Assembly (NCBI GenBank): GCA_963840035.1
Contig: CAWIXE010000002.1
Span: forward strand, 480,001-544,000
Origin: a candidate division FCPU426 bacterium
GTDB taxonomy: Bacteria; Oederibacteriota; PGYV01; Palsa-1178
Length of the DNA: 64,000 bases
Direction of reading: 5' to 3'
The stretch's first letter is position 1. The number at the start of each line of letters is the position of its first letter. The translations under genes and the position numbers were made by a program. This document shows, in pieces, positions 1 through 9,963 of the stretch. The notes under the pieces were generated by a model. That model did not search any database and was not told where the DNA came from. It saw only the letters and a list, made by a program, of their open reading frames with translations.

Positions 1-1
1 G

Positions 2-442
2 GGCGCGGGTTATAACGTAATTCAGTCACAGATAGCCATAGGTTCCGGACAGATGCTGGGAAAAGGCTGGGCGCAGGGCACGCAAAGCCAGCTGAACTTC
101 ATTCCCATTAAATACACGGATTTTATATTCGCCGTCATATCGGAGGAATTCGGATTTTTGGGGAGTTTCCTGGTGCTGCTGATATACTACCTTCTTATAA
201 TGGAAGGTTTGAAAATCGTCAAACTATGCAGGTATTCGGCGGGAAAAATGCTGGGTTCAGCCTTAACCGGGGTCATTTTCCTGCAGGTTTTCATAAATGT
301 GGGCATGAACATAGGGATAATGCCTGTTACAGGAATAACATTACCGCTGTTAAGTTATGGGGGGTCGTCGGTGCTTGTCATCATGATAATAATCGGGATA
401 CTCCAGAACATTTACAGGGAATACATAAAAGTAGAGGAGTAA
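2..442 (+). CDS. rodA: Rod shape-determining SEDS protein RodA, 5' truncated by window edge
   Basis: Frame open from base 2 (GAGYNVIQSQIAIGSGQMLGKG); TDFIFAVISEEFG and GITLPLLSYGGSS are FtsW/RodA motifs; followed by rng as in mre-rodA-rng clusters. Confidence 0.85.
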   Translation, partial: GAGYNVIQSQIAIGSGQMLGKGWAQGTQSQLNFIPIKYTDFIFAVISEEFGFLGSFLVLLIYYLLIMEGLKIVKLCRYSAGKMLGSALTGVIFLQVFINVGMNIGIMPVTGITLPLLSYGGSSVLVIMIIIGILQNIYREYIKVEE

Positions 443-443
443 C

Positions 444-1916
444 ATGAAAAGCATATACATCAACTGCGAGGATTTTGACACAAATGTAGCCATTGCCGAG
501 GACGGCAGGATAGTAAACTATTTCACGGAAAAAAATATTTACGCCAACAACGGAAATGTCTACAAGGGGAAGATCTCAAAAGTGGTTTCAAACATGAATT
601 TTGTCTTTGTCGAGATAGGCGACGACAAACCGGCGTTCCTTTCGGAAAAGGAATATTTTGACCAGTCCGGAGAAGGCTCCAGGGAGGAATTCGGGCAGGA
701 TGACGGCGAGGCCGCGTCCAAACCGGCGGAAAACATCGCGTTACAGTTCAAAAAAGGCCAGGAAATTATGGTGCAGGTCATAAAGGAACCGTACAATACA
801 AAAGGGGCCAGGCTTACTACGAACGTATCGCTGCCCGGGCAGCATATTGTTTTCGCGCCGTTTTTAAGGCATGTCGGCGTTTCAAAAAGAATTACAAACG
901 AATCTGAGCGTTTCAGGCTTAAAAAATCAATGCGCGCCTTAAAGGATTCGCTTGGCGGAGAGTTTGGAATCATAGTAAGAACTAACGCGGAAGGGGTTGA
1001 TACCGCGGAGCTCGAGAGCGAAGTCAGGCACTATTTCCGCGAGTGGGAGCGCATAAAGGCGGAATTCAAGAAACAAAGGCCGCCAAAGCTTCTGTACCGT
1101 GAGCAGGACCTCGCGATAAAGGTCTTAAGGGAATATGTGACCGATGCCGTGGATGAGATTATAACGGACAGCGAAACGGTTCATGACGAAGTGAAAAGGT
1201 ATATGGAGGAGAAGTCAAAGAAGTCGGCTGAGGCGCTTTACTACGGCGGGGCTGACCACATATTCAACTATTATAAAATATCACAGCAGGTTGACGGGAT
1301 TTTCAATAATATCGTTTCATTTAAAAAAGGCGGCTATATTAAGATTGATGTGACTGAAGCACTGACCGTTATTGACATTAACAGCGGAAAATTCAAGGGA
1401 GCGGAGGATGTTGAGAATTCCATCCTGAACCTGAACATGAACGCCGCCAGGGAAGTGGCCAGGCAGATAGTGCTGCGCAATATCGGCGGGCTTATCGTAG
1501 TTGATTTCATAGACATGCACGAGTATGAAAACAGGAAAAAAGTAAAAGCTGTCATGGACGAGGAACTGGCCAAGTCAAAAATGTATTTTAAGACGCTTGA
1601 GATAAGCGAATACGGCCTGATGGAAATAACGAGAAAACGCGATTCAAAAAGGGTCGAGGACATATACTTTATGGAATGCCCGCGGTGCGCCGGAAGGGGC
1701 AGGATCTTAAATGAGGAATCAGTCTGCATCAACCTCCTCAAAAAGATAAAATACGAATGCAGAAAGGAACGCGGCAGGAATGTCTCTGTTTTATCGGACG
1801 CAAACACAAAAAGGCTTGTGGAAAAGAACTACAAGGAGAAATTACGCGAGTATGAGAGGATGTATAATAAAAAAGTTAATATAAAAATAGGGGAAATAAA
1901 GGAGGTGCGTATATGA
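444..1916 (+). CDS. rng: Rne/Rng family ribonuclease (RNase G-like)
   Basis: S1 region GNVYKGKI, VQVIKEP..KGARLT, TVIDINSG, LRNIGGLIVVDFIDM, CPRCAG zinc link; no long C-terminal scaffold. Confidence 0.9.
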   Translation: MKSIYINCEDFDTNVAIAEDGRIVNYFTEKNIYANNGNVYKGKISKVVSNMNFVFVEIGDDKPAFLSEKEYFDQSGEGSREEFGQDDGEAASKPAENIALQFKKGQEIMVQVIKEPYNTKGARLTTNVSLPGQHIVFAPFLRHVGVSKRITNESERFRLKKSMRALKDSLGGEFGIIVRTNAEGVDTAELESEVRHYFREWERIKAEFKKQRPPKLLYREQDLAIKVLREYVTDAVDEIITDSETVHDEVKRYMEEKSKKSAEALYYGGADHIFNYYKISQQVDGIFNNIVSFKKGGYIKIDVTEALTVIDINSGKFKGAEDVENSILNLNMNAAREVARQIVLRNIGGLIVVDFIDMHEYENRKKVKAVMDEELAKSKMYFKTLEISEYGLMEITRKRDSKRVEDIYFMECPRCAGRGRILNEESVCINLLKKIKYECRKERGRNVSVLSDANTKRLVEKNYKEKLREYERMYNKKVNIKIGEIKEVRI

Positions 1917-2884
1917 TAGTGGTGACAGGAGCCGCCGGATTTATCGGAAGCGCCATAGTCAAGGAGCTGAATGTAAGGGGCAACGCGGACATTCACTGCG
2001 TAGACTGGCTGCGGGATGACAATAAGTGGAGGAACTTAAACGGCCTTAAATTTGACGATTATGAGGAAAAGGACGCGTTTTTAAAACGGGTCCTTTTTGA
2101 CGACCCGGTCTTAAGGGGTTCGGTTACCGGAGTGATACATATGGGGGCGTGCAGCTCAACTACGGAAAAAGACGCCTCTTTTCTCATGGAAAACAATTAT
2201 AAATACACCCAGGTGCTGGCAAAATGGTGCGTAAGAAACGGGAAAAAGTTTGTATACGCGTCGTCGGCAGCCACTTATGGCGACGGGGCTAACGGATTTG
2301 ATGACAGCCATGATTCAATTGAGTCCTTAAGGCCTCTTAACATGTACGGTTATTCAAAACAGCTCTTTGATGTCTGGGCAATGAAAAAATCCATGCTCGA
2401 CAAGATTGCCGGCGTAAAGTTCTTTAATGTCTTCGGCCCCAATGAATACCACAAAGACGACATGAGAAGCGTCGTGGTAAAGGCGTTTGAACAGATAAGG
2501 GACACTGGTAAAATGAAGCTTTTTAAGTCTTATAACAAGGAATACAGGGACGGGGAACAGATGAGGGATTTTATTTATGTTAAGGACGCAGTGAAAATGA
2601 CGCTGCACATATACGATTCCGGCCTTGCCGGGATTTACAATGTGGGCGGGGGAAAAGCGCGCACTTGGAACGATCTTGTAAAAGCTGTTTTCTCCGCGGC
2701 GGGTAAAAAGGAACACATTGAGTATACGGAGATGCCTGAATCAATACGTGATAAATACCAGTACTTTACACAGGCAAAGACGGAAAAGATCATGAAGACA
2801 TATAAGGAAAAAATGATGAGCCTTGAAGAGGGCGTCGCGGATTACGTTAAAAATTACCTGATTGACGGGGAAAGAACACTTTAA
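1913..2884 (+). CDS. hldD: ADP-L-glycero-D-manno-heptose 6-epimerase
   Basis: MIVVTGAAGFIGS, HMGACSSTTE, YASSAATYG, PLNMYGYSK, FFNVFGPNEYHK, YQYFTQA. Confidence 0.93.
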   Translation: MIVVTGAAGFIGSAIVKELNVRGNADIHCVDWLRDDNKWRNLNGLKFDDYEEKDAFLKRVLFDDPVLRGSVTGVIHMGACSSTTEKDASFLMENNYKYTQVLAKWCVRNGKKFVYASSAATYGDGANGFDDSHDSIESLRPLNMYGYSKQLFDVWAMKKSMLDKIAGVKFFNVFGPNEYHKDDMRSVVVKAFEQIRDTGKMKLFKSYNKEYRDGEQMRDFIYVKDAVKMTLHIYDSGLAGIYNVGGGKARTWNDLVKAVFSAAGKKEHIEYTEMPESIRDKYQYFTQAKTEKIMKTYKEKMMSLEEGVADYVKNYLIDGERTL

Positions 2885-2970
2885 CTCAAAACGCAAAAGT
2901 CAAAATTCAAAAGTAAAACAAAGGCTTAATTTCGCCCCGCTTTTGATTTTTGAGGTTTGATTTTTAAACT
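2883..2970. repeat. Heptamer-periodic inverted array
   Basis: Left arm aactcaa aacgcaa aagtcaa aattcaa aagtaaa (2883-2917); right arm ttgattt ttgaggt ttgattt ttaaact (2943-2970). Confidence 0.8.
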
Positions 2971-2985
2971 TTCACGGGAGGTTCT

Positions 2986-3300
2986 ATGAAAAAGTTTGTG
3001 GTGATACTGGTACTGATACTTGCAGGATGGTTTGTGTACACAAAGTTCGCGCCCAAGGAAACAAAGGAGAATAACGCGGTTATAAGTTACGCGGACAACC
3101 TGAAAACAAGCGAGGAAAAAGCCTCGGCAGCAAAAAACACCGCTGATGTCGCGGTGCTTCAGAACGCCGTTAACTCGTTTAAGGGAGCTGAAGGAAGGTA
3201 TCCGGCAACACTCCAGGAGCTTGTTGAAAAGAATTACATAGGCAGGGTGCCGTCCGGCGATTATAAGTATGACGCGCTCTCCGGAAGCGTATCGGAATGA
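2986..3300 (+). CDS. Small membrane-anchored protein with pseudopilin (GspG C-terminal)-like segment
   Basis: N-terminal TM helix; LQNAVNSFKGAEGRYPATLQELV resembles the GspG/pilin 'G.YP..L..L' region; RBS gggagg. Confidence 0.5.
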   Translation: MKKFVVILVLILAGWFVYTKFAPKETKENNAVISYADNLKTSEEKASAAKNTADVAVLQNAVNSFKGAEGRYPATLQELVEKNYIGRVPSGDYKYDALSGSVSE

Positions 3301-3329
3301 TTTCCAGGCGGTTGTGATAAGGGGGGAGA

Positions 3330-3836
3330 TTGAAACCAGAAAAGAGACCTGAAAATAGCGGCATAAATAAAGAGTTCATACCGGTCATATTCATACTGGC
3401 TACTCCTGCGCTGGCTTTCATGAACGGTTTCGGCGTAAGGACGGCTTCTTTTGGATTTGACCTGTATTACATACTGCCGGCTGTTTTTGGAGTGATAATG
3501 TGTTTTATTAACAGGATAAAACTTACCATGAAATATGAATTTGCCCTGTTGCTTGTGCTTGAAATAGTCATAAATATCCCTTACATGAAGGCGGATAATT
3601 ATTTTAACGGAAATTACATATATTTAATAATAACATATTCGCTCATCATCATGTTCCTGCTCATGATGGGCTTATCGTTCGCCGTAAATAATCCGTTTTA
3701 TATAAACTATTACATATCGGATAAAAAGCCCTATGTAATGATATACAGGCTGATAGCCGCTTTCTTTCTGGGAATACTGGCATATCACGTATATCTTTTT
3801 ACAAAGATCCTGGACATACTTAAAATCGCATTCTAA
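3330..3836 (+). CDS. Hypothetical integral membrane protein
   Basis: 168 aa, about 5 hydrophobic segments, TTG start after ggggag. Confidence 0.6.
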   Translation: MKPEKRPENSGINKEFIPVIFILATPALAFMNGFGVRTASFGFDLYYILPAVFGVIMCFINRIKLTMKYEFALLLVLEIVINIPYMKADNYFNGNYIYLIITYSLIIMFLLMMGLSFAVNNPFYINYYISDKKPYVMIYRLIAAFFLGILAYHVYLFTKILDILKIAF

Positions 3837-3870
3837 TTCCTATTATCTTAATTGCTTTTCCATATTTTTG

Positions 3871-3899
3871 TTTACAAAACACTGTTTCGGACTTATAAT
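3871..3899 (+). promoter_or_regulatory. Sigma70-type promoter of pta-ackA
   Basis: tttaca-17 nt-tataat. Confidence 0.6.
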
Positions 3900-3949
3900 G
3901 ATTTCAGTCAATTTTTAACAAAATCCCTTATATATGAAAGGAGTTTTTA

Positions 3950-4954
3950 ATGGCTTCATTCATGGAAACTGTTTATGAAAAAGCAAAAAAATCCCCAAAA
4001 AGAGTAGTGCTCCCCGAAGGAAATGACGAGAGGACGGTTGAAGCCGCTGTAAAAGCCACGCAATTAGGAGTGGCAAAAGTCGCCATGATAGGGGACCTTT
4101 CAAAAATGAAGGAAATCGCAAAAAATAAAGGGCTGTCGCTGGACGGCGTCGACCTCATAGACCTAAATAACCTTCCGGATATTGACGCGTACGCGAAAGA
4201 TTTTTTTGACATAAGGAAAGGCAAATGCGCCACCATGGAAGAAGCCATGGCAACAATGAAAAGGGATGTATATTACGGCGCCATGATGGTAAGAAAAGGC
4301 CTCGCCGACACGTTTGTAGCGGGAGCTGTAAATACCACGGCGGATGTGTCGCGCGCCGCAATATACCTCATAGGCATGAAACCCGGCATAAAAACCCTGT
4401 CCAGTTTTTTTGTGATGATTCTTCCGGACAAGTCATTTGGAAAAGACGGCATTCTTTTTTATTCTGACGGAGGCTTTGTCATAGACCCGAACGACGAACA
4501 GCTTGCTGACATAGCGGTCACGACGGGCGCCACATACAGGGAATTAATCGGTGAGGAACCTAACGTGGCCATGCTTTCATTCTCTACAAAAGGCAGCGCA
4601 AAACACGAGCGCATTGATAAGGTGACAAGGGCGCTCGCGCTGGCAAAAGCAAAAGACCCTTCATTGAACATAGACGGCGAGCTGCAGGGTGACGCTGCGC
4701 TCATACCGGCTGTCGGCGCGAAAAAAGCGCCAGGGTCGGCAGTTGCAGGAAAGGCGAATGTCCTTATATTCCCGGACCTTGATTCAGGGAATATCGCGTA
4801 TAAACTCACTGAAAGGCTTGCAAAGGCCGAAGCTTATGGCCCAATTTATCAGGGTACGGCAAAGCCGGTCAGCGACTTATCCCGCGGATGCAAAGCCTCG
4901 GATATCCTGAACGTCGCGGCGATAAATGTGGTAAGGCTGCAGAATAGCAAATAA
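3950..4954 (+). CDS. pta: Phosphate acetyltransferase
   Basis: VVLPEG, AMLSFSTKGS, DGELQGDAA, ANVLIFPDLDSGNIAYK, DLSRGC; adjacent to ackA. Confidence 0.95.
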   Translation: MASFMETVYEKAKKSPKRVVLPEGNDERTVEAAVKATQLGVAKVAMIGDLSKMKEIAKNKGLSLDGVDLIDLNNLPDIDAYAKDFFDIRKGKCATMEEAMATMKRDVYYGAMMVRKGLADTFVAGAVNTTADVSRAAIYLIGMKPGIKTLSSFFVMILPDKSFGKDGILFYSDGGFVIDPNDEQLADIAVTTGATYRELIGEEPNVAMLSFSTKGSAKHERIDKVTRALALAKAKDPSLNIDGELQGDAALIPAVGAKKAPGSAVAGKANVLIFPDLDSGNIAYKLTERLAKAEAYGPIYQGTAKPVSDLSRGCKASDILNVAAINVVRLQNSK

Positions 4955-5048
4955 GAAAGAGGTTAAGAGACAAGAGTTAGGAGACAGGAGTAATTCGTTT
5001 AGATTTCCTGCCTTACTTTTGTCTCCAGTCTCTTGTCTCTTAAACTCA
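4955..5048. repeat. Heptamer-periodic inverted array between pta and ackA
   Basis: ggttaag agacaag agttagg agacagg ... tttgtct ccagtct cttgtct cttaaac. Confidence 0.8.
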
Positions 5049-5085
5049 AAGGCATAAAATATACAACAACACAACGGAGGCTCTT

Positions 5086-6312
5086 ATGAAGGTAATGGTC
5101 ATTAATTGCGGAAGCTCTTCCCTGAAATTTAAGCTTTATGATATGGAGAAGACAAACACTGTAATAGCCGAGGGCGTTATTGAGGAAATCGGAAAGGACA
5201 AATCTAAGTTTAAGTATAAATCAAAGCACATGAAAAAAGATGAGGAAGCGGTCAGGGACGTGGAGGCAAAGGACCATACTCAGGCCGTGGACCAGGTAAC
5301 AAAGATCCTGCTGGACCCGAAAATAGGGGTTTTTAAGGATAAAATTGAAGTTGACGCGGTAGGGCACAGGGTAGTACATGGCGGTGAAAAATTCTCAAAG
5401 TCCGCGCTGATTACAAAGGGCGTCAAAGAGGTCATAAAGGACTGTTTTGAGATAGCTCCGCTCCATAATCCGCCGAATTTTTCCGGAATAGAAGCCTGTG
5501 AAGCAATCTTTCCCGGGATACCTCAGGTTGCCATATTTGACACCGCGTTCCATCAGACCATGAAAAAGGAAGCCTACATTTACGGGCTGCCTTATGAGCT
5601 TTATGAGCGTTATCATATCAGGAAATACGGCTTTCACGGGACTTCACATGAATATGTATCACAGAGGGCCGCGGATTTCCTGAAAAAGGACATAAAAAAA
5701 CTTAAAATAGTTACCTGCCACCTGGGAAACGGAGCGAGCATAACAGCCGTTAAAAACGGCCTCTCAGTAGATACCTCCATGGGTTTGACACCGCTTGAAG
5801 GGCTTGTAATGGGCACCCGGTGCGGGGACATGGACCCGGCTGTGGTAACGTTCCTGATGAAAAAAGAGCATTTAAGCGCGGATGACATAGACGGCCTGCT
5901 GAATAAAAAGAGCGGTCTAAAAGGAATATCGGGAGTTTCCAATGACCTGCGCGAGATAATGGAAGCGGCAGCCCACGGCAACGACAGGGCACAGTTCGCT
6001 ATCGATATTTTCTGCTACAGGATAACCAAGTATATCGGCTCATATGCGGCGGCAATGGGCGGGCTGGATGCGGTAGTGTTTACAGGCGGCATCGGAGAGA
6101 ACGCGGTAGATGTAAGGATGAAAGTTATGGAGCCGCTCGGATTTATGGGGATAAAACTGGATCCGGCAAAGAATAAGTCAAAAGAAAAGGAAAAGATAGT
6201 CTCGTCGGTGGGTTCAAGGGTAAAAGTGCTTGTTGTCCCGACGAACGAAGAGCTTATGATAGCTTTAAAGACAAAGTATGTCGTGAATGAGTCGGGTAAT
6301 ATTTACAGATAA
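5086..6312 (+). CDS. ackA: Acetate kinase
   Basis: VINCGSSSLK, GHRVVHGG, APLHNP, YGFHGTSH, HLGNGAS, VFTGGIGEN, PTNEEL. Confidence 0.96.
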   Translation: MKVMVINCGSSSLKFKLYDMEKTNTVIAEGVIEEIGKDKSKFKYKSKHMKKDEEAVRDVEAKDHTQAVDQVTKILLDPKIGVFKDKIEVDAVGHRVVHGGEKFSKSALITKGVKEVIKDCFEIAPLHNPPNFSGIEACEAIFPGIPQVAIFDTAFHQTMKKEAYIYGLPYELYERYHIRKYGFHGTSHEYVSQRAADFLKKDIKKLKIVTCHLGNGASITAVKNGLSVDTSMGLTPLEGLVMGTRCGDMDPAVVTFLMKKEHLSADDIDGLLNKKSGLKGISGVSNDLREIMEAAAHGNDRAQFAIDIFCYRITKYIGSYAAAMGGLDAVVFTGGIGENAVDVRMKVMEPLGFMGIKLDPAKNKSKEKEKIVSSVGSRVKVLVVPTNEELMIALKTKYVVNESGNIYR

Positions 6313-6316
6313 ATAC

Positions 6317-6403
6317 GTGGCGGGTGACGGGTGCTAAGTGATATGTGCCGGATACTGGTTTTTGGTTGTTCCACTTTGTACTCACCACTCGCCACTTACC
6401 ACT
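6317..6403. repeat. Heptamer-periodic inverted array between ackA and pfkB-family gene
   Basis: gtggcgg gtgacgg gtgctaa gtgatat gtgccgg ... ttccact ttgtact caccact cgccact taccact. Confidence 0.8.
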
Positions 6404-6419
6404 TTTATTGGACTTTGTC

Positions 6420-7307
6420 ATGCCAACTGTTATAACCCTCGGGGAGATCCTCGCTGATTTTGTGCCTGAAGGCAAAGGGCATGCGCTTAGGCCCGGCGGA
6501 GCTCCTTCAAATGTGGCTGTGAACCTGGCCAGGCTCGGCGTCAAATCAGGTATAATTTCAAAAATCGGAGTTGATCCTCTCGGCAGTTTTCTTAAAAAAT
6601 TCCTCAAAGCAAACAAGGTTGATACCTCAAATGTCTTTACGACAAAAAAAGCAAAAACAGGGCTTGTACTGGTATTTTTAGACGAAAAAGGTGAAAGCGG
6701 TTTTTCATTTTACGGCGATCCGGCCGCTGATAAATACCTCTCATCCGCTGAAATCAACCCGGAATACATTAGAACCTGTTCGGTATTCCACTTCGGGTCG
6801 ATAAGCATGATGCATCCGGTATCAGCCGCGGCTACCATGAAAGCCATACGCATTGCGCGGCGCATGGGAAAGCTTGTTTCTTATGACCCCAATGTAAGGC
6901 TTAACCTGTGGAAGGGCAGGCATGCGCAGGCCAGAAAAATGATGAGAAGTTTTTTTAAATACGCCGATATAATAAAAATCAACGAAAAAGAATTAAAATT
7001 TATTTTTGGCGTAAAACCGGACGCGAAAAAACTTAAACAAATTTTCAGCCCGGGGCAGCTTGTGTATATAAGCGCCGGGGCAAAAGGCTGTTATGTTTAC
7101 CATGACGGATTTTTCGCGGCTGTTAAAGGGTTTAAAGCCAGGGCAGTTGATACGACCGGCGCCGGGGACGCGTTTATGTCAGGGGTGCTTTACGGAATTA
7201 TAAAACGGTCATTAAAACTTTCATTTTCAAAAAAAGAAATGATTGGCATTGCTGTTTTTGCCAACAAAATGGGCAGCGCGGCCGTTAAGCATAAAGGGGC
7301 TGTTTAG
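6420..7307 (+). CDS. PfkB family carbohydrate kinase (fructokinase-like)
   Basis: GGAPSNVA, YDPNVR..LW, VDTTGAGDAF; start moved to ATG 6420 because the upstream extension is repeat DNA. Confidence 0.88.
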   Translation: MPTVITLGEILADFVPEGKGHALRPGGAPSNVAVNLARLGVKSGIISKIGVDPLGSFLKKFLKANKVDTSNVFTTKKAKTGLVLVFLDEKGESGFSFYGDPAADKYLSSAEINPEYIRTCSVFHFGSISMMHPVSAAATMKAIRIARRMGKLVSYDPNVRLNLWKGRHAQARKMMRSFFKYADIIKINEKELKFIFGVKPDAKKLKQIFSPGQLVYISAGAKGCYVYHDGFFAAVKGFKARAVDTTGAGDAFMSGVLYGIIKRSLKLSFSKKEMIGIAVFANKMGSAAVKHKGAV

Positions 7308-7336
7308 AGGCGTTTTAAAAGAAAATTCAGATAAAT

Positions 7337-7365
7337 TTGACTTTGATGGTTTCGTTGGCTATACT
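7337..7365 (+). promoter_or_regulatory. Sigma70-type promoter upstream of methyltransferase/signalling operon
   Basis: ttgact-17 nt-tatact. Confidence 0.6.
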
Positions 7366-7520
7366 TATTGTGTAAGAAAAAACACACCTGACTAAAAAGA
7401 TTGCCCACAGTATATAAAAAACATCTGATTTCATTTACCGCTCAAAAACTTAACCGCTATCCGACAAAACTTACTTTAAAGAATTATGTCTTTAAATATC
7501 ATTCGTGTCCGGGGGGGCCT

Positions 7521-8522
7521 ATGAACGGAAAAACAAATACTGACCTGATGGAAGTGGTTAATTCACTGGGTGAAGCATGGACATTCTCGCTTATTACTGC
7601 CGGTTTAAATTCCGGTATTTTTTCAGCCCTTAATGATTCCAGGCCGGTTTCTGTGGAATCATTGGCGTTGAAACTGAAATATGACCCTGAAAAACTTGAT
7701 AAATGGTTCTATTTCTGCGAAAACGCCGGGTATGTCGCAAGGAAAGACGGGGGATATGTAATCACGCCAAAAACCGCGGTATTTATGCCTGATTCACCTT
7801 ATAAAGACATAATAGGTTTTGCCAGGCTCAATGATTTCTTTATGCGGGCGGCTGTAAATTCCTCGGAATGCTTCAGGAAAAATAACAGCCTTGATAAACT
7901 CACCGAAGGAAAAATCACGCGCGACTACCAGCCGAACGTAAGCGACAACCTTTCTGCTGAGCTTATTAAATTCTTTCACCAATATAACATGGGCGAAAAT
8001 GACAGCCTGATCGATATCGGCTGCGGCATAGGCGCGTTCGCAAGGTCCGTGGCAAAACAGCTTCCCGGCTTAAAAATAACAGGGTTTGATTCCAATTTGT
8101 TTGCCATTGAATGGGCAAAAAAGGAAAACAAGCAGCTCGGCCTTTCAGACCGCATAAAGATGGTGGTAGGTAACGCCCTCGAAGACCTGGGGGATTTCGC
8201 TGATAAATCTTTTGACTGGGTAATGGCGATAAATGTTTTTCACTTTTATCCTGTCGAGCACAGGGAAGCGCTTATAGACCAGATGATAAGGATATCAAAA
8301 AGGGGGACGTTTTTTACAGAAATCATTGCGGAGAAGACGAGGATTTCATTCGCTGCAGACCCTCTGATGTCTCTATTGTGGAATGATTTTACGGGGTTTT
8401 TCAGGGAAGCGGACGCTGAAAAACTTAACGCCAGCGTTCAGAAAAAACATCCTGAGGCGGTATTTGAAAAGCACAGCATTCTGCAGGGTTCAAGCTACCT
8501 GATGGCAGTCATTAAAAAATAA
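7521..8522 (+). CDS. Class I SAM-dependent methyltransferase with N-terminal wHTH-like domain
   Basis: IDIGCGIG motif I, GFDSN, FDWVMAINVFH; N-terminus GIFSAL..SVESLA; start ATG 7521 after G-rich RBS. Confidence 0.8.
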   Translation: MNGKTNTDLMEVVNSLGEAWTFSLITAGLNSGIFSALNDSRPVSVESLALKLKYDPEKLDKWFYFCENAGYVARKDGGYVITPKTAVFMPDSPYKDIIGFARLNDFFMRAAVNSSECFRKNNSLDKLTEGKITRDYQPNVSDNLSAELIKFFHQYNMGENDSLIDIGCGIGAFARSVAKQLPGLKITGFDSNLFAIEWAKKENKQLGLSDRIKMVVGNALEDLGDFADKSFDWVMAINVFHFYPVEHREALIDQMIRISKRGTFFTEIIAEKTRISFAADPLMSLLWNDFTGFFREADAEKLNASVQKKHPEAVFEKHSILQGSSYLMAVIKK

Positions 8523-8542
8523 CCGACAGGATAGGGGAATTC

Positions 8543-9949
8543 ATGATACTGGACATGTTGCTTAATCTAGGGGTTAAAGAGGGATATGACCTTCATAAAA
8601 TAAGGCTGATGAGGCAGATAAACGGCCTTAACCTGTTCTATACGGCGATAGCCGGGTCAGTTTCCATCATTTTTATTTTCATACGGTCATCACCGGTTTT
8701 AGCGACAGTGCAGGTCGCCGCAACTTTCCTGTATATGTTAAATCTCATATTAAACTCGGCAGGCAAGCTTAGGCTGACATCAAACCTGACCATATACCTG
8801 TTTGAAACTCAGATGTTTGTTGTGATGCTTTACACGAACGCCTGGCACAGCGCCGCGCTTAACCTAATAATACTGTACCCTCTACTGGCGGCGTTATGTG
8901 AGGTTTCCATTACACTGCACATGGTCAACGCGCTTGGACAGGCAATGGCGCTTTACCTCATTCACAGGTTCGCGCCGGGAGTGGAACAGTATTTTGTCTC
9001 GGCAGGGGGCGTAAATGAAATGGCAGGAGAAGTGCTTATGGTGATGGCCGGGACATATACGCCTGTCATGGCAGCGGTTATCATAGGCATTATATATAAT
9101 GAAAATTTAAGGGCCAGGCGCAAGCAGAAGGAGATGCTGGCCGAGATATCCGACGCTAACAGGCAGCTTGAAACATACGCAAACCAGCTGAAGGATGAAA
9201 CGCAGAGGTTAAAAACCGAAATCAGCATAGCAAAACGCATACAGACCATGGTGCTTCCGTCCGAGGAAGAGGTTGCCATGGTCAATGATCTTGACATAGC
9301 CTGCATCATGAGGACGGCCACGGAAGTTGGCGGCGATTATTACGATGTGATAAAAATCGGGAATAAAATAACCATAGGCATGGGCGATGTCACAGGGCAC
9401 GGCTTGTCAAGCGGTTTGATAATGCTCATGGCCCAGACAGCCATAAGGACGCTGGCCGAAATGAAGGTCGTGCTGCCTTCGGAGTACCTTGAGGTAATAA
9501 ACAGGGTGCTCCACGCGAACATCAGCAGGATAAAGGATAACAGGAGTATGACGCTTATAATACTGAATTATGAAAACGGGAAATATACCGTATCCGGACA
9601 GCATGAATCCATAGCCATCTGCAGGAACAACGGGGAAATTGACCTCATTGATACCATGGATAACGGTTTTTACGTGGGCATGACGCTCGAACCTGCCGTA
9701 AAATTCAATAATACTTCGCTTAAGATGGAAAAAGGCGATGTCATGATGCTGTATTCTGACGGCGTTACGGAGGCGGAAAATGAGGAGAAAACGCAGTTTG
9801 GCCTGGAAAATTTGTGCGCGACACTGCGTAAATATCACGCCCTAACCGCGGAGCAGATAAAAAACAAGTTCATGAAGGACCTATATAATTATATGGGGGA
9901 ATCCGAAATATATGACGACATTTCAATGGTCGTTATAAAACAAAAATAG
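8543..9949 (+). CDS. Membrane-bound SpoIIE/RsbU family PP2C phosphatase
   Basis: About 6 TM segments, coiled coil, AKRIQTMVLP, EVGGDYYD, GDVTGHG, YSDGVTEA, DDIS. Confidence 0.9.
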   Translation: MILDMLLNLGVKEGYDLHKIRLMRQINGLNLFYTAIAGSVSIIFIFIRSSPVLATVQVAATFLYMLNLILNSAGKLRLTSNLTIYLFETQMFVVMLYTNAWHSAALNLIILYPLLAALCEVSITLHMVNALGQAMALYLIHRFAPGVEQYFVSAGGVNEMAGEVLMVMAGTYTPVMAAVIIGIIYNENLRARRKQKEMLAEISDANRQLETYANQLKDETQRLKTEISIAKRIQTMVLPSEEEVAMVNDLDIACIMRTATEVGGDYYDVIKIGNKITIGMGDVTGHGLSSGLIMLMAQTAIRTLAEMKVVLPSEYLEVINRVLHANISRIKDNRSMTLIILNYENGKYTVSGQHESIAICRNNGEIDLIDTMDNGFYVGMTLEPAVKFNNTSLKMEKGDVMMLYSDGVTEAENEEKTQFGLENLCATLRKYHALTAEQIKNKFMKDLYNYMGESEIYDDISMVVIKQK

Positions 9950-9963
9950 CGGGGTGGAGTGCC

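Noticed and set aside
7372..7520. Riboswitch (e.g. c-di-GMP) in the long leader
   Set aside because: No recognisable aptamer motif or terminator by eye; an Rfam scan would settle it.
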